Assembly: GCF_001194135.2 (NCBI RefSeq)
Contig: NC_068990.1
Span: forward strand, 11,173,758 to 11,214,996
Direction of reading: 5' to 3'
DNA: 41,239 nucleotides
Source: Octopus bimaculoides
Lineage: Eukaryota
The notes below the pieces were generated by a model. That model saw only the letters and a program-made list of their open reading frames with translations. It made no database searches and had not been told where the DNA came from. The translations under genes were made by a program, and so were the position numbers. Below are positions 12,335 through 23,552 of this stretch, in pieces (position 1 is the stretch's first letter; every line of letters begins with the position of its first letter).

Positions 12335-12774
12335 TATATCATTATTATACATCTAATACGCTGACCTGCCAAAACTTTTATACGATTTCAAAGGAGACGG
12401 CTGTAACAGCACTTTGATCATACGCCTACCAAACACCTGTTGGTTACAGTTGGCTACTCTGCAGAATGTAGTCGAGACTTTTGGAAGCTCACTATGCTAT
12501 ACAGTTTTGTGTTAAACTGCGAAGAAGCACTACAGAAACATATGAAATGCACCAGACTGCTTCTGGATTAACTTTTTCTCTGGCACAAGTGGTTTAAGAA
12601 TGGTAGAGAGATTGTGGGAGAAGGTGAGAGACGTGAAAGGGAGAAAGACAAGAGAACATCAGAGCTAGTACAAAGAAATTTGTTGTTGTTATTGTTTCGT
12701 TTTATATTTCTATGCTTTCTGCACCGTGTGTTTTGTGTAACTTCATATACCATTTATTTCATTGTTTTCGTTTA

Positions 12775-12845
12775 TGTATGTATGTATGTATGTATGTATG
12801 GATGGATGGATGGATGGATGGATGGATGGATGGATGGATGGATGT
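12775..12845. repeat. Compound (TATG)n(GATG)n tetranucleotide microsatellite
   Basis: Direct reading. Confidence 0.95.
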
Positions 12846-13132
12846 GCTTATTGTTGTAAATATAGAACCAAATATAGATAGATACTGCCGATGTCCATCT
12901 CCTATGTTCTTGCCTCATGGCTTTCACTCTATACACGCCAGCTCATTTTGATTCACCTTTAATTAGTCGAAAGACACCTGTTGTTATTTTCTTGTTGTTT
13001 GTATTTGTAATTGTGTAACATATTCTCCATTTTCTTTTCCTTTTTTTGTATTTGTTGTCGTACACATTTACTTGCTTTCTCACAAAAAAATCTAATGCTC
13101 TTAACTTAGACATTTTGGGGGCAACCAGATTT

Positions 13133-13325
13133 GAACAGTCTCAAGTGTAACTGCCCGAAACTGTGAGGACAATCTGAAAACTCGACTGAGCAGAGAACGC
13201 CACGAATGATCCGTCCTTGCTTTGTTTTTTTTTTGTCCCTCCTATTTGTTGATTTTTTCTGTCCGCCTTTGAATCGTCTATGTGTCCCGGATGTTTTATT
13301 GTCCTCCATTGCGTTTATGTTCCAT
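13133..13325 (+). repeat. Unclassified repeat, family E, copy 1
   Basis: TCTCAAGTGTAACTGCCCGAAA...GACTGAG...CACGAATGA.CCGTC...ATTGCGTTT.TGTTCCATT is shared with 13911-14092; both copies end in (AT)n. Confidence 0.75.
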
Positions 13326-13836
13326 TATATATATATATATAGCTATATATATTCGCGCATGTGTGTGTGTATAACAATATACATATATGTGTGTTCGTGT
13401 GTGCGTATATGTGCATGTGTGTGTGTGTGTGTCTGTGTGTGAGCACTGTATGCGTGTAGAACGATAAGAATACTATTGTATATCTTCGAAAGTATTTTAT
13501 TCATTTCATATCAATAATTGTTTATGACGTGAAGAAATGCGATAGACGGAAATATGCCATAACATATCTACATGAATTCACAAAGGATTAACTGGGATTC
13601 AAATAGTTTAACATAGTGTTTTATGTTTTATGTGAGACGTATGATATAACTAATTGAAGAATAAACGACTGCTTAATGCAATTTATAACTAGTGTAGATC
13701 ATTGATTTAGTTCCAGTGATTTAACTTTATTAAATCTGCTGAACGTTTTTCGCTTTTGCAACAAAAATACTTTCGGAGAATTCAAGATTATTTTCTGTGC
13801 TATTTATATTGAATACCTCACACACTCACACAACCA

Positions 13837-13909
<73 letters not shown>

Positions 13910-13910
13910 C

Positions 13911-14092
13911 GAACCATCTCAAGTGTAACTGCCCGAAATAGTCGTGACTTCTGGAACTTGACTGAGGAAAGAAAGTCACGAATGACCCGTCTATTTTTGC
14001 CTGTCTTTCTGATTGTTGCTTCTATTATCCGTCTTTGTATCGTCTATCTGTCCGAATGTTTTAATGTCGTCTATTGCGTTTTTGTTCCATTT
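13911..14092 (+). repeat. Unclassified repeat, family E, copy 2 (direct orientation)
   Basis: Same shared blocks as copy 1. Confidence 0.75.
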
Positions 14093-14294
14093 ATATATTT
14101 ATATATATATATATATATATATAGCAACGAACGTACACCCTTATGCTCACCTTATAGTATGGATGTATCTAAATTTTGTACGATTCTTACTCCATCTTTT
14201 ATTCCTCCTCTCATTTTCTTCCTTTTTCTCGCTCCCCCTCTCTCACTAAAATATACTACAATGTATTTCTTTGCTTTTTTTTTTGTTTGTTTGT

Positions 14295-14511
14295 TTTACC
14301 CGTTTGACTGTGGACATGCTGGATCACCACCTTTTAGCGGATGAAATCGCCCCCAAGGGCTCTATCTTTGTAAGCCTGGTACTTATTCTATCTGTCCCTT
14401 TTGACGAACCACTAGGTTACGAGGACGTAAACATACAAACATAGATTGTCAAGCGATGGTGGTGGGACAAATACATATACAAAGACAAACATAAATATAC
14501 ACATGCATATT

Positions 14512-14551
<40 letters not shown>

Positions 14552-14815
14552 NNNNNNNNNNNNNNNNNNNNNNNNNNNNNNNNNNNNNNNNNNNNNNNNN
14601 NNNNNNNNNNNNNNNNNNNNNNNNNNNNNNNNNNNNNNNNNNNNNNNNNNNTATTACAAGGGGCGTGTCTCACTTTCCGTCTACCAAATCCACTGAAAAA
14701 GCTGTGGTCGGCACGAGGCTATAGCGGAAGACATCTGCCCAATGTGCCAAACAGTGATACTGAAGCCAGAACCATGTGGTTGTGATGCAAGCTTCTTACC
14801 ACACAGCCACGCCTA
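14295..14815 (-). mobile_element. SINE family A spanning an N-gap inside its internal microsatellite
   Basis: 3' body at 14295-14480, (AT)/(AC)n plus gap, then head at 14670-14815 (TTTCCGTCTACCAAATCCACT...CTTACCACACAGCCACGCC). Confidence 0.85.
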
Positions 14816-15025
14816 ACATTTTTCTAATTCAATACTGTGTTCTTCCGTTTTAGCAGTGCTATCATATCAGTTGTTAAGGTTACCTCAATAAATTTTGTAT
14901 AGAAATTATACCCAACAGAGTGTCTCAGCAGGTCATCAATATAAATATATACCCACTTCCAGGAATGTGTTTAATATGTAAAATTGGTATATACAATAAC
15001 GTTAAACCGCTATATTTAGTGGCTA

Positions 15026-15235
15026 TTTAAGCAATGTGTTCGTTTGTGGATGATAACGAGTTGGATGGATACTGATGAAGGAGCAAAAACTCCCAAAATT
15101 TGGATATACTCCCATTACTCATGTTTCATCTTCGATCTCATTGATGTTTCAATCAGGCGTCTCATATACGAAACATCGTAACAAGATCAGTGGTGGCTAT
15201 AATTTCTATAGAATATCTGTAGTGATAACCTTAAT
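15026..15235 (+). mobile_element. Repeat family F, probable solo PLE terminal repeat with a decayed hammerhead-like motif
   Basis: About 210 bp aligns in reverse complement to 32848-33053. It contains CTGATGA-AGGAG-CAAAAA-CTCC-CAAAA starting at 15072. The PLE assignment is inferred from this motif. Confidence 0.55.
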
Positions 15236-15388
15236 GTGTGTGGGTGTGTGGGTGTGTGTGAAATTATTTATTATATATATAATTTATTTCTCTCTGATAA
15301 GCAAGTAGAGAAGTGCGAAAAAAATAAGGAATTTTGAATAAATTTGAATTCTGTCACGCAATGCTGTAAATTACTTTACACGCACATG

Positions 15389-15420
<32 letters not shown>

Positions 15421-15719
15421 TGTATGTATGTGTGTATGTATGTATGTATGTATGTATGTATGTATGTGTGTGTAAGTAAGTATGTATGTAATTGTTCAGT
15501 TTTATTTCAAGATTTCTTGCCAATAGAGAAAAAGTTGATTTCTAACCTAGATTCAAGGCTCCTTCATTGGAATTTCAACATCAACAACAAGGTATTTTTG
15601 TTTGTATGTATGTATGTATGTATGTATGTATGTATGTATGTATGTATGTACGTATGTATGTGTACAGATTTGTATGTTTTGCTTTATGTATGTACTCTCA
15701 TGCATATAGTTGCATCTCT

Positions 15720-16500
15720 AGACATGCTCATATATACTTAAATGATAAACTACTGGAAAGTTTTTACAGAATTTTACAGTTCCAGTGATGGATCGCATCT
15801 GTTGTTTTCGAATTATCTTTCTTAGTTTTAAGAAGCCTAATTTCACAAGATTCGTATTTAGGCAGTGTGTTACATATCCCAGAACCTCGATAATTACAGG
15901 TATAAACCTAAACTTGTAACCTGGATTGAGTAACAGCAGATTTGTCAATAGTTCAGCATAGGTGTTCTCTTTTTCACTGATCGTCAGTTTTAAGTTAACA
16001 TCCGCTGGGCAGCTATTATGTCTGTTGTACTTACATTTTATTGAGTTCTTCACTGAGATATTCCACCTGTACTCCCTTTTATTATGGGCGGCTGTGGCTT
16101 CTACCATAATGTGAGTTCTTATTTCTTTCCTTTCTGGGTTATCCTTCCGACGTATTTCATTATAGAGTGTCCTAGCTACAACATCATGTCTCATCGGTAG
16201 GTAAACCATGATAACATTTTCGGACAACTGCTAACGCCACAAAGTCTGCATCGGTTGTCATATTTTACTGTCATATTTTACTGTTTTTCTTGCATCTCTA
16301 TCCCTTTTGAGCATCAGGTTCTTGGTTGATATTTCCTATTGCTGGATTGCAAATGCATACCCTTCAAAGTGGGAGATCGTAATCCATTTATTGGTCCATA
16401 GCAGAGTGCTTTGATGATCAATGTTACTGTCATCTCGTGCGACTTCTTTGGGCATGTATTCTAGGTTATCAAAGAACGTTGCTCAAGAAGCTGCCTTCTA
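15720..16500 (-). pseudogene. R4/Dong-like (restriction-like endonuclease) non-LTR retrotransposon, 3' fragment
   Basis: The minus strand reads DDSNIDHQSTLLWTNKWITISHFEGYAFAIQQ*EISTK..CRLCG(deletion)SSCPKM..YLPMRHDVVAR..WN..CPADVN..KE..Y..FIPVIIEVLG..GTVKFCK. This covers the Zn-knuckle and RLE domain; the central part of the RLE motif is deleted. Confidence 0.85.
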
Positions 16501-16537
16501 AGTCTATGATGTTACCAGCCTCGTGTATGTATGTATA

Positions 16538-16573
<36 letters not shown>

Positions 16574-16741
16574 TGTATGCATGTATGTATGTATGTGCAA
16601 GCACACATGCAACAACGGAGGAACTCGGCCTGGCCGGAGCGCTGAAGTTGGGTCTATCATTAGATAGGGATAAAACACAACCTGTAAACCTGCCTCGGAA
16701 TGTTAAAAGTTAGCATACATACATACATACAAACATATATA

Positions 16742-16868
16742 CAGGTTGACCACAAGATCTGGGTACATGGAGTAAATAAAATCATAACATAAACAATTAA
16801 ATATAAGAAATAATAATTTCTTAAAGCATGTGTTAATCTCCATGTACCCAGACTTTGTGGACACCCTG
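16742..16868. mobile_element. Tc1/mariner-type MITE, 127 bp
   Basis: 31-bp TIRs CAGGTTGACCACAAGATCTGGGTACATGGAG (16742-16772) and CTCCATGTACCCAGACTTTGTGGACACCCTG (16838-16868), with TA on both sides. Confidence 0.9.
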
Positions 16869-16876
16869 TATACACA

Positions 16877-16947
<71 letters not shown>

Positions 16948-17136
16948 ATATATATACACATATAAAGGTAGTTAAATAGAGAGAGAGGGTAAGAGAAAGA
17001 AAGAGTGTTTGGGAAAACAGGTAGACATATATATACGTATATGCATACATGTAGACACACACACCTATATATATACATATATAAGTACATACACGAAGAA
17101 GATACATACACACACACACTCACACACACACACACT

Positions 17137-17169
<33 letters not shown>

Positions 17170-17772
17170 CGTCTAAAGTTGAAAGTCCGATTCATAGACC
17201 ATAATACATGAATATTTTACAAACATTAATTTACATGTGAACCTTTTAAAGAATAAATTACATCACACTTTTCCATGGTAACTGAAACCGAACACTAACT
17301 TTGCTTGGAAAACATCAGTTTTCAATAAGGAATTTTAATCATTATTTTATTCCTATATATTGTCTATATAATGTCGCCTAAGAGAAATTAATGAGAAAGT
17401 ATGTGTGCATGTGTTTGTACGTGTTGTATATATGCGTTTGTATATGACAGAGAAAGAATTATGTATGGTGGATGAAAGAGTGAAGGGAAGAGGTTAGTAC
17501 TTCATAAAAACTACAAGTCTTTCAAAAGTTTCTTTTCTTGAATCCTCTTCGTTCTTCTCCTGGCGTCCTTGGAATCGAGCCTCTTTGCTTCATGTATTAT
17601 TCAAAGCTTATTTTGCATTTTTGTGAGGAAAGTTTGAAGATTGGAGACGTTACTTTAACACTATTACCCGAATGTTGACGCATGTATAGGTATATATACG
17701 TCGTGTCAATATATGCATGTATATATGTATAGGTGATTTTATACACATGTATGCATATATATATATATAGTG

Positions 17773-17779
17773 ATAATAA

Positions 17780-17833
<54 letters not shown>

Positions 17834-17850
17834 TGATAATAATAATAATA
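17773..17850. repeat. (AAT)n microsatellite
   Basis: Direct reading. Confidence 0.95.
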
Positions 17851-18210
17851 GGCTTACCATCCCTACAGGAGGTGCAAAAAATCGTGTTAAATGGAACGAC
17901 TCATGTACTGAGAAGAGCATTATCGCTGTGAAAACAACATCCATTCATGAATTTATTTATTAATTTTATTTTGAATACATATGTTACCTGTGAATTTACG
18001 TGTGTAAACTGGGAATGCATACAATGAGTTTTTCTGCCCTAGGTGTACAGAAAACACTCGCCAAGAAATGGAAGAAAATTTGAAGAAAGAAGAAAAAAAA
18101 CATAATATTAATAATAATAATAATAAATGATAACAAAAGAATGAAACCTCGATATTAGGTAAATAGATGAATTATATATGTATGTATGGTTTAGGACAAT
18201 CCGTAAGTTT

Positions 18211-18279
18211 TCATAATAGGACTCAGAGTTTCAAATGCTGAAGCTAAGAGCTACGATGCATTCTCATCGGCTATTATGA
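18211..18279 (-). ncRNA. Type I hammerhead ribozyme motif (U4C core variant, GUC site)
   Basis: The minus strand reads UCAUAAUAG CCGAUGA GAAUGC..GCAUUU GAAAC UCUGA GUC CUAUUAUGA: perfect 9-bp stem I, 6-bp stem II base, and near-palindromic stem III ACUC-U-GAGU. Confidence 0.7.
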
Positions 18280-18860
18280 CAAGGTTATAACGACTTTAAT
18301 AAAGAAGTTAGTATCATCGCCGCTAGGTTTAAATTAGATAAAAATAGGGATCCTTTGAAAACAAGAGGCCTTTATAACTATTAAGGACCATAAAAAGAAC
18401 TTCCTATCTAATCCTAAATCCAGACTAATTAACCCTGCAAAATCAGAAATTTGGATAATTAGTAAAGAAATTTTAAGAAACATCAATGCTAAAGTTAGAG
18501 GACAACTAATTTAGTACAATGGTCAAATAGTATAGAAGCTGTTAGCTGGTATAAAATAATTAGAAATAAGAATAAAGCAAGATTCACAAAATTTGATATT
18601 GTAGATTTCTATGCATTTATTTCTAGAAAACTACTAGATAAATTCCTCACTTTCGAAAGCGATTTTACAGAGATTAGTGAACAAGATAAGGACATAATCC
18701 TCCATACATATTTGTGTGAGTATGTAGACGTTATGAACGCCAAAAGTTTTTATAACTATGAATTGTGAAAATATGATCGCGTGCATTTTTTTTTTAATAC
18801 TTTTTCTTACCTATTAGAGTAACTTCCCTTTTATTCAACGGTAATTTGTAGGGTCTATTA

Positions 18861-18929
18861 TCATAATAGCCGATGAGAATGCATCGTAGCTCTTAGCTAC
18901 GGCATTTGAAACTCTGAATCCTATCATGA
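18861..18929 (+). ncRNA. Type I hammerhead ribozyme motif, second copy (U4C, AUC site, partly decayed)
   Basis: UCAUAAUAG CCGAUGA GAAUGC AU CGUAGCU CUU AGCUACG GCAUUU GAAAC UCUGA AUC CUAUCAUGA, with one mismatch each in stems I and III. Confidence 0.62.
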
Positions 18930-18975
18930 CAACTTACTGATTGTCCACAATTTTTGCTTGTTTCTTTATGTGTTC

Positions 18976-19011
18976 CTTTCTGTGGAAGAGTATAGGTTCG
19001 AAACGTTAAAA
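18976..19011 (+). ncRNA. Degenerate minimal hammerhead-like motif
   Basis: CUUU CUGUGGA A GAGU AUAG GUUC GAAAC GU U AAAA. Stem II is held by wobble pairs, stem III is the palindrome ACGU, and core A6 is changed to U. Confidence 0.4.
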
Positions 19012-19074
19012 ACTTTTTCACTTACCGAGCGTTAAACTAATACATCTATTTGTTGTCTACACCACCTGCCTTCG

Positions 19075-19106
<32 letters not shown>

Positions 19107-19710
19107 NNNNNNNNNNNNNNNNNNNNNNNNNNNNNNNNNNNNNNNNNNNNNNNNNNNNNNNNNNNNNNNNNNNNNNNNNNNNNNNNNNNNNNNNNNNNNN
19201 NNTATACAAAGGGACCAAGTAAAAAATAAATAACACACCCCAAGGTACTCCTTAATTAGTAAAAATAATTGCTACCGACAACACGGAGGCACGAATTGTG
19301 TAATGCACTGATCCAGAAGCAAACAACAAAGACACACAAAATACGTGTGTGTGTGTGTGTGTGTTAGTAGTGTGTTAAACGAAGCGTGTCAGCTCTTCTC
19401 TGTTCCGTTTTCTTCCAATTAAGTTTTCTTCTTCTTCTTCTTTACAAATCCCCATTGATCTGCCATGCTGACGTTGTGCGAATTGGCAGCGACCACTGCT
19501 GGTAACTTGGATTATCTCCCTTCGTGTACAAGATCTTTCTCCCTTTCTCTTTCTTTTTCTTTCACTCCCTCTTTTTCTTCCCTCCCTCTCACTCTCACCT
19601 TTCCCTCTCCTGCTATCTCTCCCGCCTCTTTCTTCCTTCCTACTTTATATAATATATGTATATATATATATATCTGTAAATATAATATGTGACAATTATT
19701 CGGTAGCCAT

Positions 19711-19770
19711 GATAAAACTCCGAGTTTCAGATGTCGGGCAGAAACCCACGCCGCCATCTCTTCAGTAATC
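19711..19770 (-). ncRNA. Type I hammerhead ribozyme motif with a 1-nt register defect in stem II
   Basis: The minus strand reads GAUUA CUGAAGA GAUG..CAUC U GAAAC UCGGA GUU UUAUC. Stem III is ACUC-G-GAGU and stem I pairs 4 of 5. It is followed by AATAA and an (AT)n tract. Confidence 0.55.
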
Positions 19771-19774
19771 GGGC

Positions 19775-20300
<526 letters not shown>

Positions 20301-20304
20301 GCGC

Positions 20305-20621
20305 ACTGGCACACCGTTAATTACGACGACGAGTGTTCAAGCTGCTCCGTTCAACAGAACAGCCTGCTCGTGAAATTAACGTGCAAGTGGTTGAGCACTC
20401 CACAGACACGTATACCCTGAACACAGTTCTACGGAAGATACAGCAACACATAGAACGCGACAAGGATGGCCCTTTGAATTAAAGTTACTCATTTTTGCGA
20501 GCTGAGTGGACTGCAGCAACGTGTAATGAAGTGTTTTACTGAAGGACGCAACGCGCCGTCAGAAATCGAACTCACGACCTTGAGATCTTAAGCCAAATAC
20601 CCCTGACCTCTAAGCCACGCA
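20305..20621 (-). mobile_element. tRNA-derived SINE with a family C head and core but a different 3' half
   Basis: The minus strand reads GCGTGGCTTAGAGG..GAGTTCGATTTC..TAAAACACTTCATTACACGTTGCTGCAGTCCACTCAGCT..AAAAATGAGTAAC, matching 12080-12223, then diverges. Confidence 0.82.
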
Positions 20622-21006
20622 TGTACATACGTATGTATGTATGTATGTATGTATGTATGTATGCATAAGCACACGCAGTAAATGAGGACCCGATTCTCTC
20701 TACCACCGTCGCTGAAAAAGCTGAAGTAGGTTTTACTTGGAGAATAACCCAGACTTGCCCTAAAAACGGTTCAGAACTTGTTCGAATCAATATATCTTCG
20801 TGCTAAAACTGCGATTGATGACAATTTGTGACAATTTGAACCCTCTCCATATTGCACAATAAAACTTCCATTTAGAAAGGCGTTTCCATTATTTGTCGAA
20901 ACCATGTAATAGACACAAATATGTATAGGCATGTTTTCTAACTAAAATTTACTAAATCGTATCTACAAGATTCATATTGCTAATTATACACACACACACA
21001 CACACA

Positions 21007-21049
<43 letters not shown>

Positions 21050-21283
21050 NNNNNNNNNNNNNNNNNNNNNNNNNNNNNNNNNNNNNNNNNNNNNNNNNNN
21101 NNNNNNNNNNNNNNNNNNNNNNNNNNNNNNNNNNNNNNNNNNNNNNNNNNNNNNNNNNNNNNNNNNNNNNNNNNNNNNNNNNNNNNNNNNNNNNNNNNNN
21201 NNNNNNNNNNNNNNNNNNNNNNNNNNNNNNNNNNNNNNNNNNNNNNNNNNNNNNNNNNNNNNNNNNNNNNNNNNNNNNNNNNN

Positions 21284-21321
<38 letters not shown>

Positions 21322-22088
21322 TGTATACACACACACACGCGCGCGCACTTTTAACTAACTACATATATTACATCAACATGGAGGCTTGTGATAAACATTT
21401 ATCATTTCACACATTCTTCTTGCTTCTATACGATGCAACATGTTTTGCTCGTATATTTTCCATTGTTTTCTTTCTTATCTCTAATCTCTTATTATTCTTT
21501 CATCCCTCACTTTTTCCATTTCATCTTCTACAAATAAGAAGTTTCCGTAAATCGTTCCCAATTCTCTCTTTCTCTCTCTCACACATATACTCTCTCACTC
21601 TTTCTTTCTCTCTTTCCCTCTCTTCTTTTTCGTTTTTTTGTCCACTCCAAAATGGAAATTGTTCTACCAAGTGTTTATCCAAATCCAGAAATATAGATGT
21701 TTTTCAACTGTCATCAAAGCAAGTTCTTGGAAGCTACAACTTCTCCTCAACTTATCCTAACACATACAGGCACATACAACACGAACACTGACGCACTCAG
21801 TTATGCGCACACATAGTTTGTATCTATCTGTCTGTGTATCACTTTGACTCTCCATCTATCTGTCAGTCTACCTACCTACCTACCTACCTACCTATCATTC
21901 CATCCTTTCCTTTCTCTTTCCCTCTAGCTAAGGCATAGCCGAACTACATCCGTCGATTGCTTAGCTGACCGAAATTTCGAAGTCACAGTCAACAACATTA
22001 GTTTATAAGAATAAGGAATTTATACTCTACAAAAGTATAGAGTAGCCCACCAGATTTAAATTGTTTTCATTATAACTGAACATATGTG

Positions 22089-22125
<37 letters not shown>

Positions 22126-22202
22126 ACGTATGTAATATATATATATNNNNNNNNNNTAATCTTCATGTAGCCCTAGGGTTACATTCTGTTTATTTATTCG
22201 TT

Positions 22203-22682
22203 TTTTGTCTCTCATCCGTCCACTAACGGTCTTGTCTTGAATTAAATTTATTCATTTACGTATGCTCACTTCTCTATCGCTTGTTATCCGTATGCTGTTT
22301 GTTCTCCGTCCCATATTCCCGGCAGCTCCTGTCGGTACCACCAGATGGGAAGTATATTCTTTTCTACTCTAGGCCCAAGGCCCAAAATTTTCGGGAGAGG
22401 GCCAGCCGATTAGATTGATCCCAGTATGCAACTGGCATTTAATTTATCCGAAAGGATGAAAGGCAAAGTCGACCTCAGCGGAATTCGAACTCAGAACATA
22501 AAGACAGACGAAATAACGCTAAGCATTTCGCCCGGCGTGCTAAGGTTTCTGCCAGCTCGCCTCCTTAGATAGGAAGTAACATTATCGTTAAAGGCAGTAA
22601 ATTGCGTTTGACTCTCTGGCCAATAAGTGATGGGGAGTTGGAGACCTTCTGTATCTGTTTTCCGTTTGTCTGTGCTTTTACT
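22203..22682 (+). repeat. Repeat family D, copy 3, split by a SINE insertion
   Basis: 22203-22354 and 22567-22682 are colinear with 11680-11912. Confidence 0.75.
22355..22566 (-). mobile_element. SINE family B, full length, with a 12-bp target-site duplication
   Basis: Head GGAGGCGAGCTGGCAGAAACCTTAGCACGCCGG..GAGTTCGAATTCC and core GTCGACTTTGCCTTTCATCCTTTCGG. It is flanked by AGATGGGAAGTA (22343-22354) and AGATAGGAAGTA (22567-22578). Confidence 0.88.
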
Positions 22683-22789
22683 ATGTGATTTTTAGCTTGC
22701 CATGCTGCGTGTTTTTCGATTGTGCATTTACTAAGCGTTTTATAAGTTTCATATATACGTGTGTGTGTGTATTTATGTATGTATCTATG

Positions 22790-22842
<53 letters not shown>

Positions 22843-22878
22843 NNNNNNNNNNNNNNNNNNNNNNNNNNNNNNNNNNNN

Positions 22879-22943
<65 letters not shown>

Positions 22944-23505
22944 ATACCATCAATTTTTCGGAACTCTCAATAATTTTATTGGTATTTCGTATTTTAATAA
23001 CTGCATGTTACGGATTAATGAGCCGATTTATTTGCAAACATTTCCATATAAAAAAAAGGGCTTCCACAACCAGCAATACAATTTTAAAATAAAAATACTT
23101 TATTTTAATGCTGACTTTCTTCACCGAAAGTTAATGGATTCCGAAATGAATATTTGAGAATTGTAATAAATAACATTTTTTACTTCATTTTATATACGTG
23201 CGTCTGTGTATACACAAGTGAGTGTATGTACGTAATATACACTTACACACATACACATATATATATATATATATAACATATATGTACTAGATTTAAATAT
23301 AAATATGTATATGTGTCTCTGTGTGTGAGTGTGCGTGTGTATTCAGATCTGTTCCAAACACACTCAACGGTGAAACGTACGTAGGCACAAATAGTATAAG
23401 TTTGTGCTTATCGATTTCTTCCACATCTGATCTGTTTAACATAACCAGTAATACTAGAAACTATAGTTATATACCGGAACCGGAAACCGAATGAATAACG
23501 AAAGC

Positions 23506-23552
<47 letters not shown>

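Larger units (their letters stand above)
18194..19080 (+). mobile_element. Penelope-like retroelement remnant: inverted terminal-repeat fragment, RT fragment and 3' terminal repeat
   Basis: 18280-18712 translates across frameshifts to YNDFNKEV..EAFITIKDHKKNFLSNPKSRLINPAKSEIWIISKEIL..LVQWSN..KFDIVDFYAFIS..DKDIILH, a PLE RT signature (LKDHK, RLINP, FDIVDFYP). An 86-bp inverted repeat joins 18194-18279 and 18861-18946 with 6 mismatches. Confidence 0.85.

Noticed and set aside
17500-17600. Minus-strand basic peptide HEAKRLDSKDARRRTKRIQEKKLLKDL*
   Set aside because: There is an in-frame stop just upstream, no convincing acceptor and no recognisable homology.
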